Of a stretch of DNA of 64,000 nucleotides, positions 1 to 12,703 are shown piece by piece; position 1 is the stretch's first letter, and every line of letters begins with the position of its first letter. The notes beneath the pieces are model-generated. The model saw nothing but the letters and a program-made list of their open reading frames with translations. It was not told the DNA's origin and did no database searches. The DNA comes from Candidatus Woesearchaeota archaeon. Its GTDB lineage: Archaea > Nanobdellota > Nanobdellia > SCGC-AAA011-G17 > JACPIM01. The stretch spans positions 18,413 to 82,412 of the forward strand of contig CAZELK010000002.1 in assembly GCA_964513145.1 (NCBI GenBank). The letters are read 5' to 3'. Position numbers and translations under genes: made by a program.

Positions 1-1
1 T

Positions 2-820
2 AAAATACAGGAGACTAAATTAAATTATATACCTGCATCCTTTGATGTTATTGGAAATATCTGTATAATTGAAATCAAGGATGAAATAAAAAAACATGAA
101 AAATTAATAGGTAATGCAATTTTAGAATTAAATAAAAATATAAAAAGTGTTTTTAAAAAAATTAGTGCAAGAAGAGGGAAATACAGGACATATAAATTAA
201 AGTTGATCTGTGGTGAAGATAATAAAGAAACAATTTACAAAGAAAACGGAGTTTTTTTTAAATTGGATGTTGAAAAATGTTATTTCACACCTAGGTGGAG
301 CAATGAAAGGTTAAGAATAAGCAAATTAGTCGGGAAAAATGAAAATGTTTTAGTGATGTTTTCAGGCATAGGCAGCTTTATTTATGTTATATTAAAAAAC
401 AGCAGCCCAAAATCAGTTTATGGAATTGAAATAAACAAAACAGCACACAAATATGCCATGGAAAACTTAAGATTAAATAAATTTGATGAAAATAAAGTTA
501 AATTATTCAATGGGGATGTAAAAAATATTCTTCCCAAAATAAAAATAAAATTTGACAGGATTTTAATGCCTTTGCCAAAAGAAAGTTATAAATTTTTGGA
601 TATTGCAATTAAAAGATTAAAGAAAAATGGCATAATTCATTACTACACATTCTTGGAAGAGCCAAAAGAAAAACTAAATTCTAAAAAATTAGAAGATTAT
701 TGGAAAAAGTTGTTAAAAGAACAGTTAAAAATAAAAAATCTGAAAATTGTAAAAATAAGAAAATCAGGTGTATACGCCCCAAGGATATCAAGGGTTTGTG
801 CTGATATAAAAGCAGCTTAA
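2..820 (+). CDS. trm5: tRNA (guanine37-N1)-methyltransferase Trm5/Taw22 family, 5' partial (frame is open back to window start)
   Basis: C-terminal region aligns motif-by-motif with archaeal Trm5, e.g. DRILMPLP...GIIHYYTF versus the M. jannaschii Trm5 DRILMG...IIHYH. Class I SAM fold signature VLVMFSGIGSF is present. The ORF in the track starts at 203 but the same frame is open from nt 2. Confidence 0.75.
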   Translation, partial: KIQETKLNYIPASFDVIGNICIIEIKDEIKKHEKLIGNAILELNKNIKSVFKKISARRGKYRTYKLKLICGEDNKETIYKENGVFFKLDVEKCYFTPRWSNERLRISKLVGKNENVLVMFSGIGSFIYVILKNSSPKSVYGIEINKTAHKYAMENLRLNKFDENKVKLFNGDVKNILPKIKIKFDRILMPLPKESYKFLDIAIKRLKKNGIIHYYTFLEEPKEKLNSKKLEDYWKKLLKEQLKIKNLKIVKIRKSGVYAPRISRVCADIKAA

Positions 821-855
821 GATAAATTTAAAAATCAAAGGTTTCTTCAAATAAT

Positions 856-1377
856 ATGATAAATAAAAAAAATTTAGGAATGATAATTTTAGTAGTTTCA
901 ATAATATTTTTAATGACTATTGTAATATTTTCTTATCAGATAAATAATTTGATTTCAGAATTAATGAAATTAAGCAATAATAACTGCTTTATAAATGGTG
1001 AATGTACTCATCAGCAAAGCAATTTGCCAATTTACATAGGCTTGATAGCTGTAACTTTAAACATAGTTCTTGGGATTTACATAATTATTCTTAATAAATC
1101 AGAACGTGAAGTAAAAAACTATATTGATACAGAAAAGAAGCAAAAAAATAAAGAAGAAAGATTTGAAATTATTTTAAAAGCTCTTGACGAAGATGAAAAA
1201 AAGATAATAAAAGCAGTAAAAGAACAGGATGGAATTTCACAGTCAACATTAAGGATAAGAACAGATATGAGCAAAGCTAAATTAAGTGTTGTTTTAAGCA
1301 ATCTGGAAAAGAAAAATCTCATTAAAAAAGTACAGACTGGAAAATTCAATAAAATATTTCTTAAAATAGCTTTATGA
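856..1377 (+). CDS. membrane-anchored winged-helix transcriptional regulator (MarR/TrmB-like HTH at C-terminus)
   Basis: Two hydrophobic segments flank a CFINGECTH motif. The C-terminal IIKAVKEQDGISQSTLRIRTDMSKAKLSVVLSNLEKKNLI looks like a winged-helix HTH. It sits directly upstream of the HMA genes. Confidence 0.5.
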   Translation: MINKKNLGMIILVVSIIFLMTIVIFSYQINNLISELMKLSNNNCFINGECTHQQSNLPIYIGLIAVTLNIVLGIYIIILNKSEREVKNYIDTEKKQKNKEERFEIILKALDEDEKKIIKAVKEQDGISQSTLRIRTDMSKAKLSVVLSNLEKKNLIKKVQTGKFNKIFLKIAL

Positions 1378-1467
1378 ACGATTCTGAACGGTTATAATGC
1401 ATTCTCAGCCAAAATAAGACCTACAGTTTCTCAGGTTAAATATAAATAGGGTTTTATTCACAAAAAA

Positions 1468-1668
1468 ATGATGAAATTAAAATTAAACATAAATGGAATG
1501 CACTGTAAAAGTTGTGAAGTTCTGATCAAGGAAAGTCTGAATGATATTAATGTAAAAGCTGAAGTTGACTATGAAAAAGGCACAGTTGAAGTTGAATTTA
1601 ATGAAAAAGAAACAAGCCTGGATAAAATAAAAGAAATTATATCAAAAGAAGGCTATAAAGTTGAATAA
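1468..1668 (+). CDS. heavy-metal-associated (HMA) domain copper chaperone, CopZ-like
   Basis: 66 aa carrying the GMHCKSCE metal-binding motif (GMxCxxC). Confidence 0.7.
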   Translation: MMKLKLNINGMHCKSCEVLIKESLNDINVKAEVDYEKGTVEVEFNEKETSLDKIKEIISKEGYKVE

Positions 1669-1688
1669 AATATCTGATATAATAAAAA

Positions 1689-2648
1689 GTGAGCTTAATA
1701 ATTGTAAAGCAGAATATATCAGATTGGAAGAAAATGAAGAGTCTTAAATTAACAATCAAGGGAATGCATTGTGAAGCATGTGAGAAAAATATAAAAAGAG
1801 CCTTAAGTAATTTTGATCACATCAAAGATATAAATTTAAAGTTTAATAATGAAAATGCAGAAATATTTTACAATCCGGAAATAAATGTTAATGAAGTAAT
1901 TAAAATTATAAAAAACCTGGGTTATGATGCTTCTGAAAAGATATCTCGAAAAGTAAACTTCAATCATTTTTTAAATGAATTATTCTCAGGCAATAATATT
2001 GAAAAGGAAGTGTTGCTGTTGTTTTTTAATATATTAATAATTTTAACAATATCAGAAATAGTAGCTTATCTTGGTTTTTTTGGTAATGTTGAGAATTTTT
2101 TTGATAAAATTGGTTACTTTTTAATTTACCTGATTCTTAGTGTAGTTGCATTGTCAAGTTCAGTTTGGCATATAAAGGCTTACAGCAGTGATTTTAGTTG
2201 CATGTCTGGAATGATGATTGGAATGACAATTGGCATGCTGTCTGGTTTTTTAATTGGTGCTGTAATTGGGGCAACAAATGGAATATTTATTGGTTCTGTA
2301 ATCGGAATAATAATGGGAATGAGTATAGGAAGCTGGTGTGGAAATTGTTGCGGGATCATGGGCATATTAGAAGGAATGATGGCTGGGTTAATGGGTGGAT
2401 TGATGGGCCCAATGACCAGTTTAATGCTGATAAACGACAATCTAAAATTGATATTTCCTGTTATCTTTGTAGCTTCATTTTTAATTATATTTGGACTTGA
2501 CTATATGATATTCAAGGAAACAAAGTCAAAAGACATAACAAACTTTTATAAGTATAATAAATTTAATTTTATAACATTTTGTTTTGTAATAACAATGTTG
2601 CTGACATTTATAATGGTCTATGGGCCAAAATCAGCATTATTCAGGTAA
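1689..2648 (+). CDS. HMA-domain protein fused to a Met/Gly-rich polytopic membrane domain
   Basis: N-terminal GMHCEACE HMA motif. The C-terminal part is multi-TM with glycine-zipper and Met-rich repeats (GMMIGMTIGMLSG...GMSIGSWCGNCCGIMG...MMAGLMGGLMGPM). Confidence 0.6.
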   Translation: MSLIIVKQNISDWKKMKSLKLTIKGMHCEACEKNIKRALSNFDHIKDINLKFNNENAEIFYNPEINVNEVIKIIKNLGYDASEKISRKVNFNHFLNELFSGNNIEKEVLLLFFNILIILTISEIVAYLGFFGNVENFFDKIGYFLIYLILSVVALSSSVWHIKAYSSDFSCMSGMMIGMTIGMLSGFLIGAVIGATNGIFIGSVIGIIMGMSIGSWCGNCCGIMGILEGMMAGLMGGLMGPMTSLMLINDNLKLIFPVIFVASFLIIFGLDYMIFKETKSKDITNFYKYNKFNFITFCFVITMLLTFIMVYGPKSALFR

Positions 2649-2650
2649 AA

Positions 2651-3079
2651 ATGGCGGAAGAATTAAAAATAAATAAGAAAACATTATACAAACTAATTTG
2701 TGTAAGTGTCATTGGGATTTTTTTGTTAACTGCTTTTGTAAATATTTTTTCAGCAGCAGATGATGAGCTGGTAAAAGGAGGTTCAGAAGGTTCAAATAAA
2801 ATTATTTACCAAGATGGAAAACAAATAGTGAACTTGGGAATTGCAAATTATAATTATGATCCGAATACAATAAAAGTAAAAGTAAATGAGCCTGTAAAGA
2901 TAGTTGGAAACATGGCCCAGCTACAGGGATGTTTAAGGGCATTTGTAATCCCACAATTAAGAATAACAAAATTATTCAAAAATAATGACAATGTGCTGGA
3001 GTTTACGCCAACAAGAAAAGGAACTTTTCCATTTAGCTGTTCAATGGGCATGGGCACAGGAACTTTAATTGTGGAATAA
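2651..3079 (+). CDS. secreted/membrane-anchored cupredoxin-like domain protein (putative copper binding)
   Basis: N-terminal TM or signal segment. C-terminal ...EFTPTRKGTFPFSCSMGMGTGTLIVE resembles Cupredoxin_1-type domains of the kind often found beside HMA/copper genes. An internal Met at 2651 avoids overlap with the upstream gene; the track ORF starts at 2579. Confidence 0.45.
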   Translation: MAEELKINKKTLYKLICVSVIGIFLLTAFVNIFSAADDELVKGGSEGSNKIIYQDGKQIVNLGIANYNYDPNTIKVKVNEPVKIVGNMAQLQGCLRAFVIPQLRITKLFKNNDNVLEFTPTRKGTFPFSCSMGMGTGTLIVE

Positions 3080-3519
3080 TGATAAAAGAAGTAACAGAAA
3101 ACAAATTAACTTTCTTATTATCATTCTTTTCATATTTGGTATTATCTTTAATTTTAATAAATTATTTCTACAATGGTTTTTATTTGTTTTTTAATAATCC
3201 GATAAAATATTATCCCTGGATAAGCCTTTTCCTGACATTGGTTTTGTCTTTTTTATTTGGGACCAATATTGCAATTTTAATATCAGGTTTTTTAAGTTTA
3301 AATAAAGCTAAGTTTGGCATATTGCCTGTTACAGGCTTATTCGCAGCAGGCTGTCCGGTCTGCTCTTTGTCAATGATAAGTTTGTTAATACCAGGATTAA
3401 GTTTAACATTTACTCTGGCAGCATTGCCTTTTAAGGGGCTGGAAATACAATTTATTGCAATAATCTTGTTAGCAATAAGTATTAAAATATTAACAAGAAA
3501 AAATATATGTAAAAAATGA
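3079..3519 (+). CDS. polytopic membrane protein with intramembrane CxxC (AAGCPVCSLS)
   Basis: Hydrophobic throughout, with a CPVC pair inside a predicted TM segment. It lies between the cupredoxin-like and VKOR-like genes. Confidence 0.4.
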   Translation: MIKEVTENKLTFLLSFFSYLVLSLILINYFYNGFYLFFNNPIKYYPWISLFLTLVLSFLFGTNIAILISGFLSLNKAKFGILPVTGLFAAGCPVCSLSMISLLIPGLSLTFTLAALPFKGLEIQFIAIILLAISIKILTRKNICKK

Positions 3520-3902
3520 GAATAAAAATTAAGACACTATTGATAATAATTTCATTATTTGGGATAATATCCACCTTATATTTAACATATGCACATTATT
3601 TTGGCAGTAATCTTTGTGATATTAATGATTTCTTATCATGTGGCACAGTAAACATAAGCGAATATTCAACAATTTTCAATATACCTTTGGCTATTCTGGG
3701 CATAATTTATTTTTTATTAACATTTGCCTTAATAATTAATAATAAAACAAAATTAGCAGGATATTTATCAATACCTGTAATAATTTATTCTTTATATTTA
3801 ACATATGTAGAATTTTTTATAATAGAAGCATTATGTATAGTTTGTGAGATTACAAAAATGTTTATGTTTGGAATAATAGTTTTGGCAATTTATAAGAAAT
3901 AA
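3516..3902 (+). CDS. VKOR (vitamin K epoxide reductase)-family thiol oxidoreductase-like membrane protein
   Basis: The loop Cys pair (CDINDFLSC) plus a TM CxxC (ALCIVCEI) is the arrangement typical of the VKOR family; 4 TM segments. Confidence 0.55.
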   Translation: MRIKIKTLLIIISLFGIISTLYLTYAHYFGSNLCDINDFLSCGTVNISEYSTIFNIPLAILGIIYFLLTFALIINNKTKLAGYLSIPVIIYSLYLTYVEFFIIEALCIVCEITKMFMFGIIVLAIYKK

Positions 3903-3918
3903 TAAAAAATTAAAGTTC

Positions 3919-3943
3919 TTCCGTTAATGCTTTTTCTAAAATG
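3919..3943. repeat. conserved ~25-nt motif immediately 3' of the CDC48 stop codon (copy 1)
   Basis: ttccgttaatgctttttctaaaatg. It shares a 16-nt identical core with 32522..32547. Both abut the stop codon of a minus-strand gene. Confidence 0.6.
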
Positions 3944-3944
3944 T

Positions 3945-9479
<5,535 letters not shown>

Positions 9480-9514
9480 TTTTTATTTTGTTACTTTTCT
9501 TAATCTTTTTGATG

Positions 9515-9877
9515 TTATGATTTTAAAACCCTTTTTATTCTTTTTGTAAAAAATATGCTTAGTTTCTCTGGTTCTTCTAAACTCATATAAATAATTTTAT
9601 CTATTTCTTTAGCTAATTCCTCTTGAAAAGTTATAATCTCTTTTGGTATTGAAACAACATAGCTATTTCCAACAAACCTCAGCTTTACATTAAATTCCTT
9701 TCTTTTCAATTTTTCAAAATTATTATACTCTTGTAAATCTAAGGGATGAAACCATCTTTTATGACAATTGTTGCACTCCCATGATCTTAATTTAAAACCA
9801 TCTTTAAGTACAAATCCTTTAGTTGTCTTTCTATTGCAATTTTCGCATAAAATTGTTGTATCATATATATCGGCCAT
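9515..9877 (-). CDS. Zn-ribbon (CxxC...CxxC) + swapped-hairpin (AbrB/SpoVT-like) domain protein; paralog of 32091..32432 and 45766..46110
   Basis: CENCNRK...CNNCHKR, then KLRFVGNSYVVSIPKEIITF. I place the start at the internal Met (MADIYD); the longer track ORF reads through an AT-rich promoter. Confidence 0.45.
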   Translation of the reverse strand: MADIYDTTILCENCNRKTTKGFVLKDGFKLRSWECNNCHKRWFHPLDLQEYNNFEKLKRKEFNVKLRFVGNSYVVSIPKEIITFQEELAKEIDKIIYMSLEEPEKLSIFFTKRIKRVLKS

Positions 9878-10027
9878 ATTTAAATTAAATGTATATATTA
9901 AGTATATACAAGAAATATATAAATATTTCGGTAATAAGGGCTTTGCACAAGTTAGGCATTTCTGCACAAGAATAGAATTTGTAATTGAAGTTAATAACAG
10001 CAAAGTATTATAAAATTTTAAATGAAA

Positions 10028-10267
10028 TTAATTATTTCTTCCTTTATGCCCCTGAATATGCCAATGTAATTTTTTATCAACATTCATTATTTTTGCAAAT
10101 AACCCAAAAGTTAAAGTTATATTAGCAATGACAAAAGCTAAAATAGCATCTTCAATACTCCAACTACCACCCAAAATAATTTTTGAGATTTGATAAATTA
10201 AAATTATACTCAATATAAAAGCAAAGATTTGTGCAACAATAGTTAAAATATTCCAAAAGTTTTTCAT
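10028..10267 (-). CDS. small membrane protein (2 TM)
   Basis: 79 aa, hydrophobic. Confidence 0.3.
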   Translation of the reverse strand: MKNFWNILTIVAQIFAFILSIILIYQISKIILGGSWSIEDAILAFVIANITLTFGLFAKIMNVDKKLHWHIQGHKGRNN

Positions 10268-10517
10268 TAAATACCACCATATAATCTTTTAATTAATAAA
10301 ATAGTTGTAAGCACAATTAAAAGAAACATAATTATCATTAAAACTTTAAGAAAAAATGCATTAAACTTTTCTAATCTTGTCTCACCAAAATCATTTTCAA
10401 TAAATTTATCCATAAAAAGTATTATTATTCTCTTCTTAATAACTTTTACTCAAGATTTTTCGCAAGAAATCCGAAACAATCCGTTTAAATCTGAATCTCT
10501 TGGATTTTAGCCGGGAT

Positions 10518-11204
10518 TTATGAAATAATTTTGTCGCACCAAATGCAACCCTCTTTAGGGCAATCAGAATTAAGCAATTTTAGTGCTTTCCTAAACAAAT
10601 ATTCTGCATTTTCAACATTAGTATTCCTTCTTGCCAAAACAGTATCAAAAATTACTTGTCCTGTTTCCAAAACTTCTTTTGGGATATAAAATAACAAGAA
10701 AGCAAAATCCTCTGTTTCAAATCCATTCTTTCTTAATAAAAAATTATAAAAATCCAGTTGGTTCTGGTAACTATTGCCAGATTCAGTTTCATTCTTTATA
10801 GGATAACCTTTTGTTTTGTAGTCAAGAACAATTAATTTTTTGCCATTAACTAGGATATTATCAACTGCCCCAGATAAAATATTTCCATTTTCATCTGTCC
10901 ATCTTATTCCTTTTAAGTTGTTTCTCCATACTTTCAAAAGTTCTAAATCATCAAATAATTTTAATCCTTTTGTATGGTGGTGGTCTTTTATTTCAGGGGG
11001 TAATTCTCCTTTGTCTCTAAATTTGTCAAAATGGGTTTTAATTATTTTGTCCATACCATTTGGCAATTGGGGAAATGGTGTTTCTGGTCTTTTCCAAATT
11101 TTATGTTTATCTAGCCAGAAACAACGAGAACAAGATAACATTAAATTTATAGAAGAAGGGGATAACTTGTACACCTGTTCTGCAGCACCTTCTTGAATTT
11201 TCAT
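10518..11204 (-). CDS. Cas4/RecB-like PD-(D/E)xK nuclease with Fe-S cysteine cluster (orphan, no CRISPR nearby)
   Basis: Motifs in order: N-terminal CSRC, motif II GAVDNIL, motif III VLDYKTKG (D-x-K), QNQLDFY (QxxxY), and C-terminal CPKEGCIWC. Confidence 0.65.
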   Translation of the reverse strand: MKIQEGAAEQVYKLSPSSINLMLSCSRCFWLDKHKIWKRPETPFPQLPNGMDKIIKTHFDKFRDKGELPPEIKDHHHTKGLKLFDDLELLKVWRNNLKGIRWTDENGNILSGAVDNILVNGKKLIVLDYKTKGYPIKNETESGNSYQNQLDFYNFLLRKNGFETEDFAFLLFYIPKEVLETGQVIFDTVLARRNTNVENAEYLFRKALKLLNSDCPKEGCIWCDKIIS

Positions 11205-11241
11205 CTTTTTTATAAAATTAATGCAATATATAAATCTTAGT

Positions 11242-11276
11242 CAGGTCTTTGTCTTGTCCAGTAGGTTTTGTCCAGT
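11242..11276. repeat. left copy of a perfect 35-bp inverted repeat (caggtctttgtcttgtccagtaggttttgtccagt)
   Basis: Its exact reverse complement is at 16855..16889, with imperfect extension by a few bp on both sides. It contains an internal direct repeat ACTGGACAA x2. Confidence 0.9.
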
Positions 11277-11281
11277 AATAT

Positions 11282-11536
11282 TTAAGTTTTCAAATCTTTA
11301 ATTTGATTGGATAAATTGTTTAGATTGACATTAGTTTTTCTATAAATATAATAAACTGTGGAGCAAATAATAGCCAAAATAGCAGAATAAATAAACCATT
11401 TTTCAAAATTTAAAATTAGACCGCCCAAAAAAGTGATTACGCTCCAGATACCTAAGCTTAAAGTAGCGTTTAAAATTTGCAAGTTTTTCTGATATTCCAA
11501 ATCTAAACAGTTTTTTTGTAAATGTATTTTGTTCAT
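11282..11536 (-). CDS. small membrane protein
   Basis: 84 aa with TM segments. Confidence 0.35.
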   Translation of the reverse strand: MNKIHLQKNCLDLEYQKNLQILNATLSLGIWSVITFLGGLILNFEKWFIYSAILAIICSTVYYIYRKTNVNLNNLSNQIKDLKT

Positions 11537-11682
11537 TTTTCAGAAGTTATAATACCAATCCCTATTCCTATCAAAATTATTCCTGTAATAACATAAGGTA
11601 TATTTTGTGTATTCAGATTTATAAAGTACAAACCTAAAAGAATAGCAACTACGCCGCCACCCATTTTTATTGGATTTACCAT
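11533..11682 (-). CDS. small membrane protein (49 aa), not in ORF track
   Basis: ATG at 11682. Translation is MVNPIKMGGGVVAILLGLYFINLNTQNIPYVITGIILIGIGIGIITSEK. It overlaps the downstream start by ATGA. Confidence 0.3.
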   Translation of the reverse strand: MVNPIKMGGGVVAILLGLYFINLNTQNIPYVITGIILIGIGIGIITSEK

Positions 11683-12076
11683 AATATTAAAAAAGAAAGG
11701 TCTTTAATAAATCTTATGTAATAATTCTCGAAAAATTTCCAGAATTTATAAGAAATAATAAAAGTTTTTCGAAATTTTAGTTAGAATTCGTTTCTTCTTT
11801 TTTATCTTTTTTTCTCATATCAAACCATAAGTTTAGTAAATCATTCACATCTTCTTTTTTATGTTCTTTTTTCTCTTCTGCAATGAATTTACCTAATTTC
11901 TTCTCTTTGGGAACATATTTTACCTGGTTAAACTTTCGTTTTCCTCCACCCATATAATAATTCAAAAAATAGTAATTTTTAAGCTTTTCTAATACCTGCT
12001 TTGCACATAAATTAATCCTTTTTAATACCCAAAGGTTTATTTTAGTTGGGCTTTAATAAGATTTGTAGAATTTAAA

Positions 12077-12703
12077 ATGATAACAACAGGAATTAAAGAG
12101 TTAGACGATTTAATACAGGGTTATAAAGAAGAATTAAACCTCATCTACGGTCCTCCGGGTTCAGGAAAAACAACCTTATGTAAATTAGTGGCAATTAATT
12201 TGCTAAATAAAAACAAAAAAGTCATATATATTGATACTGAAAACGGCTTTTCATTAGAAAGATTTAGGCAATTATCAGATAATTATGAGAAAATATTGGA
12301 TAATTTAATTTTAATTAAAGTTAAAAGTTTTGAAGACCAGTGTATAAAAACAGAAAATTTAGTAGAAATAAAAAAAATAAGTCTTGTAATAATAGACTCA
12401 ATAGGTAAATTTTACAGAAGCGAAGTAAAGGAAGATCCAAAAGAAATAAATAAAAAATTCATTTCTAATTTAAATTCTTTAAGAACAATATCAAAAAATA
12501 ATATACCAATAATTATAACAAATCAAATCTATGCAGATTTTAATGACAATAATAAAGTAATACCCCTGGGTGGAAAAATAATCCAAAATTTCTGTAAAAA
12601 AATTATTGAATTAAAAATCTCTCCAAGAAGATTAATACAAAAAAAACCAGAAGAAAAAGAAATGCTGTTCGAAATAAATGAAAAAGGGATAATAAAAGTT
12701 TAG
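12077..12703 (+). CDS. radB: RadB-like RecA-family ATPase
   Basis: ITTGIKELDDLIQG...GPPGSGKTTLC Walker A; about 208 aa, typical of archaeal RadB. Confidence 0.7.
   Translation: MITTGIKELDDLIQGYKEELNLIYGPPGSGKTTLCKLVAINLLNKNKKVIYIDTENGFSLERFRQLSDNYEKILDNLILIKVKSFEDQCIKTENLVEIKKISLVIIDSIGKFYRSEVKEDPKEINKKFISNLNSLRTISKNNIPIIITNQIYADFNDNNKVIPLGGKIIQNFCKKIIELKISPRRLIQKKPEEKEMLFEINEKGIIKV

Noticed and set aside
1119-1349. Minus-strand ORF 1119..1349
   Set aside because: Antisense to the HTH regulator gene; hydrophobic, low-complexity.
2180-2500. Overlapping ORFs 2180..2440(-) and 2198..2500(+) with highly repetitive P/I- or W/N-rich translations
   Set aside because: They are alternative-frame readings of the low-complexity Gly/Met-rich segment of the 1689..2648 gene. 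Their composition is typical of off-frame artefacts.
9515-10003. Full 162-aa reading of ORF 9515..10003
   Set aside because: The first 42 codons read through an AT-rich promoter-like region (tatatat stretches). The internal Met at 9877 gives a protein that aligns with its two paralogs, so I shortened the call.
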